DNA of 64,000 nucleotides from Christensenellales bacterium (GCA_051883455.1 JBJETT010000012.1:64833-128832); one strand, 5' to 3'. Positions 18,886 to 28,392 are shown, counted from the stretch's first letter. Notes: generated by a model not told the origin, from the letters alone. Program-made: numbers and translations.

Positions 18886-20979
18886 ATGATTATCAATCTA
18901 AAATTCAATAGCCAGACGGGTATGTTGACGCCTATGTCCAACTACACGCTGGCGCAACACAATCATTTGGCGGACCAAATTGTAATCGTAAGCAATGCGC
19001 CTAATTGCAAGGACTACAATTATTGTCTGGAGTTTGTGTGTTACAACACCAAAAACGTGCCAAAAGCTCAATACGTATCGGAAATTTTGAATTATACGGA
19101 CGAAGGAATTACGTTTGACGTTCCCAATAATCTCACTCAATACGCAGGCTTCGTGGACGTACAGCTTACGGGATATTCCAAGGACAGCAACAACGTTATT
19201 TTTAAGTCAATCAGCAAAAATACCAAAGCATTTTCCGTAGAAGGCTCGTTGTCGGTTTTAGACAACGCGCTCAGCGATACGCCCAACATTCTGACGCTTT
19301 TGCAACAAGAGCTCGACTACGTGCGAGAGGTCAAAGAGACTATTGCCAACGACTTTGAAAACCTCATCAAAAACGACCTTGGACAAGTGCTCGAAGACTT
19401 TGAATATTGTAGCGTAGAGTTCGTGTTTTACGACAAGACCTTTTGCAAGAGCTATAAAAACAACAGCATCATAACCCCGCCCGTGCTCAATCTATCCGAT
19501 GACGTAACGATGCTAGGTTGGGTGGAGCAGAATAGCGGTAGACAGTGGAATTTTGACCAAGATAGAGTGCAAGGAAAATTGACGCTCGTTGCCAACGTGC
19601 AGAGCGTGGGCGTTGAGGTGCAAAACGGCAATCTGATTGGCTACGTCGGCAATAGCGACGATATATACGTGCCATACTGCGTGGACGAAATCATTACCTC
19701 GGCTATTGGCGATAGCTGGCAAGTTGCTACGCCAAAAAACGCCGTTTATTTGCCTATCGGTATGAGCGATTGTGCCAAAGTCAATGCAAGATTTTTTAAC
19801 CAAGTAGTGGGTGGAAAAGATACCGTAGAAAAGGACGGTATTTTTTATGACCAACAAGGTCAAAGACTCGTAGGCATGACGGCTAAGAGATTGGCTAGTC
19901 AACAAGACGTTTTGGTATTGGACGGCGTGCAAAGTATACAAGCTTACGCCTTTTTTGGAGCAAGTGCCACCAAGATAATTTTGCCTAACTCGCTAGAGAA
20001 AGTGGGAGAGTATGCTTTTGGCAATTGCCGAAATTTGCAACAAGTGACCATACCGAGCAACGTAGTAGAGATAGGCGCACGTGCGTTCTTTGGGTGTGAT
20101 AGCAATCTAGAGGTCACGCTAACCTCCGCCAAACCGCCTACTATAAGCGCGTCGACTTTTGAAGTTAATAGTGGGGCATACGCCAAAATTACGGTGTACG
20201 ATTGGGCGTACGAAGGTTATCAAGCCGACGTCAATTTTGCAACTATTACGTCACCGCTTGGCGGAGTGGATTGTATAGGCGAAATACGTAGTTTGCAACA
20301 AACGGTGGCGGAGAACCGACAAGCTATGCAGACGCGTATAGACGGTGTGGAGCAAACCGTAAGCAACAACCATCAAGCTATGCTCACTCGTATAGACGGC
20401 GTGGAGCAGACCGTAAGCAACAACCATCAAACTACACAGACACGTATAGACGGCGTGGAGCGGACCGTAAGCAACAACCATCAAACTACACAGACACGTA
20501 TAGACGGCGTAGAGCAAACCGTAAGCAACAACCATCAGACTACGCAGTCACGTATAGACGGCGTAGAACAAACAGTTAGCACCAACAAGCAGTCGGCGCA
20601 ATCGCAAATAGACGTGTTGAAAAAACTATACAGCGTGGGCAGTATATATATGTCGGTGAGTTCTACCAGCCCCGCAAGTTTGTTTGGCGGAACTTGGGAG
20701 AGAATAAAAGACAGATTTTTGCTTGGCGCAGGCGATAACTATAGTGCTGGTGCAACGGGTGGTAGTGCAACGCATACTTTGACGATTGACGAAATGCCGA
20801 GCCATACGCACAAACAATCGGGTGGTTCGAGCGGTGTAAATAACGACGGAAGCGTTTTCCAAAGAGGTTATTCGGCTACGCTAAAGGCGGCGGCGGACGC
20901 AAGCGTGACCGGCGGCGGACAAGCGCATAACAATATGCCGCCTTACTTAGCAATTTATATTTGGAAACGCACGGCGTAA
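18886..20979 (+). CDS. phage tail-fibre-like protein (N-terminal domain, BspA-type leucine-rich repeats, 18-aa repeat stalk, tail-collar-like C-terminus)
   Basis: 697 aa. LRR segment LPNSLEKVGEYAFGNCRNLQQVTIPSNVVEIGARAFFGC. About six copies of RIDGVEQTVSNNHQTTQT. C-terminus SVGSIYMS...LFGGTWERIKDRFLLGAG...HTLTIDEMPSHTH...GGGQAHNNMPPYLAIYIWKRTA is typical of Firmicute phage fibre tips. Confidence 0.75.
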   Translation: MIINLKFNSQTGMLTPMSNYTLAQHNHLADQIVIVSNAPNCKDYNYCLEFVCYNTKNVPKAQYVSEILNYTDEGITFDVPNNLTQYAGFVDVQLTGYSKDSNNVIFKSISKNTKAFSVEGSLSVLDNALSDTPNILTLLQQELDYVREVKETIANDFENLIKNDLGQVLEDFEYCSVEFVFYDKTFCKSYKNNSIITPPVLNLSDDVTMLGWVEQNSGRQWNFDQDRVQGKLTLVANVQSVGVEVQNGNLIGYVGNSDDIYVPYCVDEIITSAIGDSWQVATPKNAVYLPIGMSDCAKVNARFFNQVVGGKDTVEKDGIFYDQQGQRLVGMTAKRLASQQDVLVLDGVQSIQAYAFFGASATKIILPNSLEKVGEYAFGNCRNLQQVTIPSNVVEIGARAFFGCDSNLEVTLTSAKPPTISASTFEVNSGAYAKITVYDWAYEGYQADVNFATITSPLGGVDCIGEIRSLQQTVAENRQAMQTRIDGVEQTVSNNHQAMLTRIDGVEQTVSNNHQTTQTRIDGVERTVSNNHQTTQTRIDGVEQTVSNNHQTTQSRIDGVEQTVSTNKQSAQSQIDVLKKLYSVGSIYMSVSSTSPASLFGGTWERIKDRFLLGAGDNYSAGATGGSATHTLTIDEMPSHTHKQSGGSSGVNNDGSVFQRGYSATLKAAADASVTGGGQAHNNMPPYLAIYIWKRTA
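20281..20610 (+). repeat. 54-bp in-frame tandem repeat (about 6 copies) inside the tail-fibre-like CDS
   Basis: CGTATAGACGG starts at 20335, 20389, 20443, 20497 and 20551 (period 54), with a degenerate copy before. Confidence 0.95.
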
Positions 20980-20989
20980 AGGAGAGAAA

Positions 20990-21427
20990 ATGAGAGTATT
21001 CAATGAAGATAAAACGCAACAATTGACGACCTATGACCTTAGCAAGGGTAGACTCGTAGGCGATACGATAAAGACTATTATCCCCGCTATCGAGGGACAA
21101 GACGAAGTAGGACATTACGAAACGGTTGCCGAGTATCCTAACGGCGGTAAGGACGTCAAGTGGGTAATCGACCAACCTTATATCGCACCTCAAACCGAGC
21201 GGGAAGAGGAGGAACAAATACAAGTCTATATACCTTTTACCGCCGAGGAACAAGCAGGATACGACCAAGCATTGTACGAAAATTCGGTGGAGAGTAAGAT
21301 AAGACAAAGATACAGTCTTAGCCAAGAACTCGCCATTCTTAGACAAAGAGAAAGCAAAAAAGACGAATATCAAGCATATTACGACTATTGTGAGGCTTGC
21401 AAAGCCGAGGCTAAGAGCCAATTATAA
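20990..21427 (+). CDS. hypothetical protein, possibly a phage XkdW-like fibre-associated protein
   Basis: 145-aa ORF 10 nt after the fibre gene, with a GGAGAG RBS. The family assignment rests only on position and general resemblance. Confidence 0.5.
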   Translation: MRVFNEDKTQQLTTYDLSKGRLVGDTIKTIIPAIEGQDEVGHYETVAEYPNGGKDVKWVIDQPYIAPQTEREEEEQIQVYIPFTAEEQAGYDQALYENSVESKIRQRYSLSQELAILRQRESKKDEYQAYYDYCEACKAEAKSQL

Positions 21428-21430
21428 TGC

Positions 21431-21454
21431 AACGCCCGACCTGAGTCGGGCGTT
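21431..21454. terminator. hairpin between convergent genes
   Basis: AACGCCCGAC-CTGA-GTCGGGCGTT, a 10-bp perfect stem with a weak T tract. Confidence 0.55.
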
Positions 21455-21573
21455 GTTATAGCACTTTGACAACTTAATTAGGGACTATTCAACGATAGAG
21501 TATTGGTCACTTACGTAACTAATGCGCAATGCAATAGTTGCGCCCGCTTTTGTGTATCAAAACGACCGATATC

Positions 21574-22155
21574 TTATCGCCGAGGGATATACCAATAAGA
21601 GTTGAACTCGTAGAGATAGGTTCTCGCCCTCTTAGGCATTTGGGTGAGCGCGTTGAAAACGTTATAATAATCCCCCGCGCCCATGCTTGTAGTCATCACG
21701 CCAAAGGTGAGCAAAAACACGTTGGGGATTATCATGCCGACGACGTATGGGACTATGCCGAGGACGATATTGGGCAGTAGCGACATTATCACAAAGCGCG
21801 CCTTGCTCATCGTCTCGGGACCTACCACGAAGAGCATACCTTGCGACCAATTAGTGTATAGATAGACGTCGCCTTTGAAGCATATTGCGTGCAACAACTC
21901 GTGAGGGAATAGCGTAAGAATAGATACCCACAGTGCGAGCAACGCTTGCAAAAAGTGCTCCTTGAATACCGTTGTGCTACGTAAAAGAGCGGCTATGCCA
22001 AGCACTAAAATGATTACTACGCTGACGATGGTCGCAATCTTAGATAACTTTTTGCTATCCGTCGCCTCTTTGAATTGGACGGCGCCCTCTTGGTGCTCCC
22101 CGTGTGGCAAAGATTGCGGGTCGAGATTGTATTTGCCCATATAGTGTAACTTCAT
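21574..22155 (-). CDS. DUF3267-like membrane protein (putative zincin metallopeptidase)
   Basis: 193 aa, four hydrophobic segments and an HELLH motif. Confidence 0.65.
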   Translation of the reverse strand: MKLHYMGKYNLDPQSLPHGEHQEGAVQFKEATDSKKLSKIATIVSVVIILVLGIAALLRSTTVFKEHFLQALLALWVSILTLFPHELLHAICFKGDVYLYTNWSQGMLFVVGPETMSKARFVIMSLLPNIVLGIVPYVVGMIIPNVFLLTFGVMTTSMGAGDYYNVFNALTQMPKRARTYLYEFNSYWYIPRR

Positions 22156-22264
22156 ACGCGATACCTCTAATAGCCTATATACTTATTATATTGACTATTA
22201 GAAATGCTTGTCAAGGACAAGGCGCGCGTTACATATATGCGGGGGAGGAGATAGATTAGTTAGG

Positions 22265-22770
22265 TAGGTTTAGTCGTACTCTCAAAGGGTAAGATTAGAA
22301 GCAATCCCTCCGTCTTGCCTTTCGGCGAGCCACCTCCCTTTGCACAAAGGAGGCAGGCAGTCCCCCACTGGACAAAGTCGGGAGTCCCCTTTACACAAAG
22401 GGGCTTTTAAGCGGTTGAGATTCCCACGGCTTGCAAGCAAGCCTCTGAATGACAACATTATTTGGTCTGCGCTCCACCGCAATGACAAAGAGTTCAATCC
22501 CCCAGTCCGCAATGCGGATAGCCCCCTTTACACAAAGGGGCTTTTAAGCGGTTGAGATTCCCACGGCTTGCAAGCAAGCCTCTGAATGACAACATTATTT
22601 GGTCTGCGCTCCACCGCAATGACAAAGAGTTCAATCCCCCAGTCCGCAATGCGGATAGCCCCCTTTACACAAAGGGGCTTTTAAGCGGTTGAGATTCCCA
22701 CGGCTTGCAAGCAAGCCTCGGAATGACAAAACTATTTGGTCTACGCTTTACCGCAAAGACGAAATACTCA
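22265..22770. repeat. intergenic repeat array C, including a 3 x 137-bp tandem repeat (22358-22768)
   Basis: CAATCCCTCCGTCTTGCC double-hairpin module at 22302. CAATCCCCC units start at 22358 (variant), 22495 and 22632. Each unit holds two hairpins plus one GAGATTCCCACGGCTTGCAAGCAAGCCTCTGAATGACAA unit. Confidence 0.95.
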
Positions 22771-22850
22771 AAAAGTCGATACGTGTCCATAAAAATACAA
22801 AAACTGTATAAAATATGCCGTCTTTCTTATACTAAAACGGGAGGAAAATT

Positions 22851-23363
22851 ATGAGAAATACAGGTATAGTGAGAAGGCTCGACGAGCTAGGCAGAGTAGT
22901 AATTCCTAAGGAGATACGCAGTATTTTGCGTTTGAGAGAGGGAGAACAAATAGAGATTTTTATGCAAAACGAAACTCTCACTTTGCGCAAATATTCTAGA
23001 CTGGGCGAGGGGTTTGAAGAAGTGGAAAAACTGTGTCAAACGCTAAAGAAGTCGGCAAAATGCCAAGTCTTTGCCGTGGATAGTCTAAGATACGTTTTTT
23101 CTACCGTAGAGGGATTGGTGGGAGAGGAGACTTCGGAAAGCATACTCGAAGCTATGGAGAAAAGAAAGGCGACTATCGTCGAAGATATTAAGATGAGCGA
23201 TAGCAAAAGCGTCACTGTACCTTGGTTGTATATCGTGCCTATAGTTGCTTGTGGCGATCTTTATGGCGCGCTGATGATTGGAGGAAAAGAGATAGAGGAA
23301 GAACAAAAGAAGTTGTGTGATTTTGCCGTGGGCTTTTTGGCGGGGTGCATAGAGAACAAATGA
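22851..23363 (+). CDS. spoVT: stage V sporulation protein T (AbrB/SpoVT family regulator)
   Basis: N-terminus MRNTGIVRRLDELGRVVIPKEIRSILRLREGEQIEIF (SpoVT-AbrB swapped-hairpin domain) plus a GAF-like C-terminal part. Confidence 0.85.
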   Translation: MRNTGIVRRLDELGRVVIPKEIRSILRLREGEQIEIFMQNETLTLRKYSRLGEGFEEVEKLCQTLKKSAKCQVFAVDSLRYVFSTVEGLVGEETSESILEAMEKRKATIVEDIKMSDSKSVTVPWLYIVPIVACGDLYGALMIGGKEIEEEQKKLCDFAVGFLAGCIENK

Positions 23364-24922
23364 AGTCGACGAGTTTTGCCAAAGGCGCGTTGATATTGGC
23401 TGTGGGCGGAATGATAGCCAAATTGTTGGGGGCAGTCTACCGTATACCGCTCACCAATATTTTGGGAGCGGAAGGAATAGGTAAATACCAACTAGTCTTT
23501 CCGCTCTTTGCTTTGTTGTTGACACTCTCGTGCAATGCCTTGCCCGTCGCCGTATCGAGAATGGTGGCTAGCGATAGAGCGCGAGGAATAGACCACGGTA
23601 TAAAAAACACTATGGGGTCAAGCCTGTTGTTTGCGCTACTTGCGGGTGTGATTAGCATGGCGTTGATGATAGGGCTCGCTCCGTTTCTTGCCAAGGTACA
23701 AGGCGTAGAGGGGCTGGAGATATGTTATCGAATTTTAGCTCCGACTATCCTAGTGGTGGGGCTTAGCGGTGTGCTAAAAGGGTGGTTTTTGGGTATGTCA
23801 TATACTATCCCTTGCGCAGCCGTGCAACCTATAGAACAAATAGTCAAGCTTGCCGTGGGAATAATTGCGGCAAAATTGCTACTGCCTCGCGGTGTGATTT
23901 GGGGTGTTGCGGGCGCTCTCATGGGCGTGGGCGTGAGCGAATTGGTAGGGTTAATTACTTTGGCAACGTGGTATGCCGCCAGTCGTATGCCCGCTAAAGG
24001 AATTTCGCTCGTCGACCCTGCCTTTGGCTTGTATAGACTGTCCAAGACGGCTATGCCTATTACGCTCGGCGCGTTGATATTTCCTATAGTGACCTTTGTG
24101 GATAGTATCTTGATAGTCAAAGTGCTTACCTATAGCGGTGTAGACGGGGCGATGTCGGTGACCCAATACGGTCTACTCACGGGTCCCGTGTCGACGCTTA
24201 TCAATATGCCAGTGGTGGTTGCGTTGTCACTCGCCGTGGCAATAGTGCCCGCGGTGAGTAGCCATCTTGCCACCTACGACGTGGAGGCTATCAAACAAAA
24301 GACGGCTCTTTCTATCAAGTTGTCCTATCTAATCGGCGTGCCGTGTATGATAGGCTTGTGGATTTTGGCGTCGCCCATACTCAAGCTGTTGTACCCTACG
24401 ATGAGCCCGCTGGAGAGCGCGTTGTCGGCAAGACTATTGAGGGTGCAAAGCCCCACTATCGTATTGCTGTCGCAGCTCGAGGTCTTCAACGCAACCCTGC
24501 AAGGGCTGGACAAGTCGTCCAAGGTCGTGCTAAACGTGGCTATTGGCGGAATAGTAAAAATCGCGTTGGAGATATTGTTGATATACCGCCTAGGCATAGT
24601 GGGCGCGAGCCTGTCACTCGTGGTCTTTTACGCATTGTCGGGGGTGCTCGATATGGTCTTGTATCAAAAATTGGTGGGCAAAAACACTCAACTAGTCAAA
24701 AGTATTGGCAAAATACTGCTGAGTAGTGCTATAATGACGGTGGCAATCGTGTATTTGCCAAAAATCATCTCTTCGCCACTAGTGGCTACAGTAGTTGTGA
24801 CGGTGGTAGGTATGGTCGTGTATTTCGTTGCCGTAGCCATACTGAGAGTGTTGAGTAGAGAAGAGGTCAAATGTTTGCCGTTGCCGTCAAAGAAAACTAA
24901 AAGGAAGATTGAAAAGATATGA
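23360..24922 (+). CDS. SpoVB/YabM-like MOP-superfamily flippase (polysaccharide biosynthesis / MurJ-like)
   Basis: Polytopic. FAKGALILAVGGMIAKLLGAVYRIPLTNILGAEGIGKYQ. Its ATGA overlaps the spoVT stop. It occupies the same position as yabM in B. subtilis. Confidence 0.75.
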   Translation: MKSTSFAKGALILAVGGMIAKLLGAVYRIPLTNILGAEGIGKYQLVFPLFALLLTLSCNALPVAVSRMVASDRARGIDHGIKNTMGSSLLFALLAGVISMALMIGLAPFLAKVQGVEGLEICYRILAPTILVVGLSGVLKGWFLGMSYTIPCAAVQPIEQIVKLAVGIIAAKLLLPRGVIWGVAGALMGVGVSELVGLITLATWYAASRMPAKGISLVDPAFGLYRLSKTAMPITLGALIFPIVTFVDSILIVKVLTYSGVDGAMSVTQYGLLTGPVSTLINMPVVVALSLAVAIVPAVSSHLATYDVEAIKQKTALSIKLSYLIGVPCMIGLWILASPILKLLYPTMSPLESALSARLLRVQSPTIVLLSQLEVFNATLQGLDKSSKVVLNVAIGGIVKIALEILLIYRLGIVGASLSLVVFYALSGVLDMVLYQKLVGKNTQLVKSIGKILLSSAIMTVAIVYLPKIISSPLVATVVVTVVGMVVYFVAVAILRVLSREEVKCLPLPSKKTKRKIEKI

Positions 24923-26292
24923 TTACCGTCGTAGGAATGGGAATTAGACAAGGACAACTGACCCTTGCGGGAGATAGCGCTATAAAAAGTGCGAGTAAGG
25001 TCGTAGTCAAAACTGCTTTGACTGCCACCTATACATACTTCGTCGACAACGATATCGAGCATATTACGTTAGACGAGATTTTCGACAATGCACCCAACTT
25101 CGACGACTTAGATAGAGCCGTAGCCGATACCTTGTTAAAATATAACGAGCAAGGCGACGTTTGCTTTTGCGTGGACGGCAGCGGATACGAGGATAGGTCG
25201 GTGGCACTTTTGCGACAAACCACAAGCGATATCAAAATAATTGTCGGTGTGTCGCGTGCGCAAAACTACGCCGAGCCTTCTATTCCGCTTACGGCAATCA
25301 GCTGTTACGACCTCGTGTCGACGGTGGGTTGGGATTACGACACTCGCTCGACTCTTGTGGTGAGCGATATCGACGACGAATATATGGCGTCGCAAGTCAA
25401 GCTGATACTCGGCAATCTGATAGGGGAAGAAACGCAGGTCGAATGGAACGGCAAGACGATTGCGCTATATGAGTTGGATAGACAAAAAGAGTATAACTAC
25501 GACAGTTACGTCAAAGTTAAGCCAATGACGACTTTGGACAAGTCTAGGTTCAATTTTGGCGACCTGTATTGGATTATGCGCAGATTGAGGGCTAAGGACG
25601 GCTGTCCTTGGGATAAGGTGCAGACCCACCAAAGTATACGCTCCAATTTGATAGAAGAGGCATACGAATTGGTGGAGGCTATCAACAACGACGACCTCGA
25701 CAATATGATTGAGGAGACGGGCGATATCTTTTTGCAAGCCATATTCCATTGCGTGATAGGCGAGGATACGGGCGAATATAACGTGCAAGACGCCTTGAGC
25801 GGATTGTGTAAAAAACTCATCAGTAGACACACGCATATTTTTGGCGAGGTCAAGGCTAACAACGCCGAGGAAGCACTCAAAGCGTGGGAAGACGCCAAGG
25901 CAAAGGAGAAAAATACCGATACGCTGACGAGCAAGATGAAGAAAGTCGTTTTACCGTCTTTGATAAGGGCGTACAAGATACAAAAGATTGCCAGAAAGGG
26001 TGGAATGGAATTTGAAAGTCTAGCTCAAGTCGAGGACAAAATCCAAGAAGAATTGAGAGAGGTGGCTATCGCAAAGCCCGACGATTTGGAGAAGGAATTG
26101 GGCGATAGTTTGTTTGCGCTAGTCAACCTCTGTCGTTGGAAGGGCGTTGAACCAGAAGTGGCTTTGGCTAGGGCTACGGACAAGTTTGTCAAGCGCTTTG
26201 AGTACGTAGAAAAGCATAGCAAAAAACCTATGCAAGAGTGTTCGGCAGAGGAATTGGATAAGTTGTGGGAGGAAGCCAAGAGTGAAGATTGA
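24919..26292 (+). CDS. mazG: YabN-like protein: tetrapyrrole-methylase-like N-domain fused to MazG NTP pyrophosphohydrolase
   Basis: The C-terminal half carries two MazG repeats (CPWDKVQTHQSIRSNLIEEAYELVEAI and ELGDSLFALVNLCRWKG). Confidence 0.8.
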   Translation: MITVVGMGIRQGQLTLAGDSAIKSASKVVVKTALTATYTYFVDNDIEHITLDEIFDNAPNFDDLDRAVADTLLKYNEQGDVCFCVDGSGYEDRSVALLRQTTSDIKIIVGVSRAQNYAEPSIPLTAISCYDLVSTVGWDYDTRSTLVVSDIDDEYMASQVKLILGNLIGEETQVEWNGKTIALYELDRQKEYNYDSYVKVKPMTTLDKSRFNFGDLYWIMRRLRAKDGCPWDKVQTHQSIRSNLIEEAYELVEAINNDDLDNMIEETGDIFLQAIFHCVIGEDTGEYNVQDALSGLCKKLISRHTHIFGEVKANNAEEALKAWEDAKAKEKNTDTLTSKMKKVVLPSLIRAYKIQKIARKGGMEFESLAQVEDKIQEELREVAIAKPDDLEKELGDSLFALVNLCRWKGVEPEVALARATDKFVKRFEYVEKHSKKPMQECSAEELDKLWEEAKSED

Positions 26293-27211
26293 CGGTATAG
26301 TTTTGCCGAGCGACGCACTGCTTGCGCCTATTGCGGGCTATAGCGACGTGGGATTTAGAAAGGTGTGCGCCGATATGGGCGCAGGCTTGACTTATACCGA
26401 GATGATTAGCGCCAAAGGCTTGGCGTACGGCAGCGAAAAGACGGAAGAACTGCTGTACACTACCGACAGCGAAAAGCTCAAAGCAGTGCAAATCTTTGGC
26501 AGCGAGCCACAATATATAGAAAAGGCTTGCTTGCATCCCGCTCTCGCCAAGTTTGACATCATAGATATCAATATGGGCTGTCCTATGCCCAAGATAGTGT
26601 GCAACAACGAGGGTAGTGCGTTGCTGGAAAATCCTCGCCTTGCAAGCGAGTTGGTGAGGGCGGCGAAGAAGTCGGGCAAACCCGTCACAGTCAAGATAAG
26701 ACTCGGTATCAAAAACGGCGAGTACGTGGCAAGGGACTTTGCTAGGTATATGCAAGACGCAGGGGCGAGCGCTATCACGGTACACGGCAGAACTCGTCAG
26801 CAAATGTATAGCGGAGTAGCTGATTGGGAAGAGATTGCCAAGGTGAGAGAGGTGGTGGAAATACCACTCATTGCCAACGGCGACGTCTTTAGCTTGGACG
26901 ACTACAAAAGAATAAAAGAGGTGACTGGTGCCGACGGTGTTATGTTGGCAAGAGGCGCGCTCGGCAACCCGATGATTTTTGCCGAGATTGCAGGCAGGGA
27001 TACGAGTGGTATATCCTTGCTAAATCTCGTCTATGACCACCTCGATACGATGAAAAAGTTTCACGAGGAACGCTATATAGTAGCCAACTTCAAAAAGCAC
27101 GCGACCTACTATCTCAAGGGCATACAAGGCTCTAAAGAGGCGAGGTTGGAAGCCTATAGCGCAAGTAGCGTCGAAGAAGTTAAAAAAGTGATGTCAAAAT
27201 ACCTAAGATAG
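26282..27211 (+). CDS. dusB: tRNA-dihydrouridine synthase
   Basis: LAPIAGYSDVGFRKVCADMGAGLTYTEMISAKGL, DINMGCP and TVHGRTR motifs. GTG start. Confidence 0.85.
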   Translation: MKIDGIVLPSDALLAPIAGYSDVGFRKVCADMGAGLTYTEMISAKGLAYGSEKTEELLYTTDSEKLKAVQIFGSEPQYIEKACLHPALAKFDIIDINMGCPMPKIVCNNEGSALLENPRLASELVRAAKKSGKPVTVKIRLGIKNGEYVARDFARYMQDAGASAITVHGRTRQQMYSGVADWEEIAKVREVVEIPLIANGDVFSLDDYKRIKEVTGADGVMLARGALGNPMIFAEIAGRDTSGISLLNLVYDHLDTMKKFHEERYIVANFKKHATYYLKGIQGSKEARLEAYSASSVEEVKKVMSKYLR

Positions 27212-27220
27212 GAGAAAAAT

Positions 27221-27772
27221 ATGATAAACGTGGTGTTGGTATATCCCGAAATCCCTAATAATACGGGCAATATCGTAAGGACTTGCGCCGTGACGGGTGC
27301 TAAATTGCACGTCATCGAGCCGTGCGGATTTAGTTGGGAAGACAAATATCTCAAAAGAAGCGGGCTTGACTATTGGGAACTGAGCGACGTCAAGAGATAT
27401 CCCGATATGCAAACCTTTCTAAAGCAAAACTTTGGTGACGGCGCGTGCGTGAGCGGGAATATAGCCAACGACTTGTTCGATACGGCGAAAGCAAGCGGAA
27501 AGCAAATGCTCTTTGCCTCAACTAAAGCCGACCACAACCACGTGGACGTCAAGTACGACGACGATTGCTACGTCTTCTTCGGCAGAGAGACCAAAGGACT
27601 CGACGAAGAGTGGCTCAAGGTCAACTACACCCAAGCCGTCCGCATACCGATGAGAGCCCAAGCTCGTTCTCTCAACCTCGCCAACTCGGTGGCAATCATA
27701 ATATACGAATACCTTAGACAGCATGACTTTGAGGGGCTGAGTGAAGAGGGAAAATTGACAAAATATGACTAA
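27221..27772 (+). CDS. trmL: tRNA (cytidine/uridine-2'-O)-methyltransferase TrmL (SpoU/TrmH family)
   Basis: VVLVYPEIPNNTGNIVRTCAVTGAKLHVIEP...GLDYWE and SLNLANSVAIIIYE motifs. Confidence 0.8.
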   Translation: MINVVLVYPEIPNNTGNIVRTCAVTGAKLHVIEPCGFSWEDKYLKRSGLDYWELSDVKRYPDMQTFLKQNFGDGACVSGNIANDLFDTAKASGKQMLFASTKADHNHVDVKYDDDCYVFFGRETKGLDEEWLKVNYTQAVRIPMRAQARSLNLANSVAIIIYEYLRQHDFEGLSEEGKLTKYD

Positions 27773-27864
27773 AAAGTCGATACATATCGACAAAAAAGAT
27801 TCCTTTTGAAATATAAGGGAGTCTTTTTTTTACAAAGAGTGTAAACGTTTTTATTATATTTAGA

Positions 27865-28392
27865 CAACCCTTCCACCACCTACGGTGGTCCCCCTTCCCT
27901 TGCACAGGGGCGGCTTTTTGTATGGATAGAGATTCCCACGGACGTAAACGTCCTCTGAATGACAGACTACTTGGTCGATGCATGCAACGAAATGACATAT
28001 TTATCAATCCCTCCGTCTTGGCATAGGCGGCTTGCGCACGGTGGAGATACGAGCAAGGCAAGGAGAGTGAGGACGGCATGAGGTAGCATACTAAATTGTA
28101 TATGACCGAACGCACCCACAAACTCGACACCGCATTGCGAAGTATATGCCGTGAGACACCCTTCCCGTACACAGGAGGGCGGCAGGCAATCCCCCAGTCC
28201 GCAAGGCGGACAGCCCCCTTTACACAAAGGGGCTTTTTTTATGGAGTAAGATTGCCAAGTTACGCTACGCTCCACCGCAATGACATAAAGCGGTTGAGAT
28301 TGCCGCACTTCGTCTTTGCTAGCGCAAAATGCAGTGGGCGCAATGACAAAAATACGAGATTGCCACGCCAGAGGCTCGCAATGACAAAACTG
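27865..28392. repeat. intergenic repeat array D
   Basis: Double-hairpin variant (CCACC-ACCTAC-GGTGG, then CCCCTTCCCTTGCACAGGGGCGG). Four GAGATT units. A reversed MITE-like unit (28030-28150). A second double hairpin, TCCGCAAGGCGGA + CCCCTTTACACAAAGGGG (28198-28232). Confidence 0.9.

Noticed and set aside
17460-21427. A possible prophage (dUTPase, HD protein, tail fibre, small partner protein).
   Set aside because: No structural, packaging, lysis or integration genes lie nearby. dut and HD genes are common chromosomal genes. Only the fibre pair is phage-like, so it is reported as an orphan module instead.
22282-22555. ORFs running through the repeat arrays: 22282-22512, 22340-22555, 27714-28172, 27967-28395, 28096-28503, 31846-32079, 41047-41244, 41649-42032, 14436-14618 and 1977-2162.
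   Set aside because: They are translated from repeated hairpin DNA (recurring PLCKGG-type strings), lack RBSs, and overlap each other on both strands.
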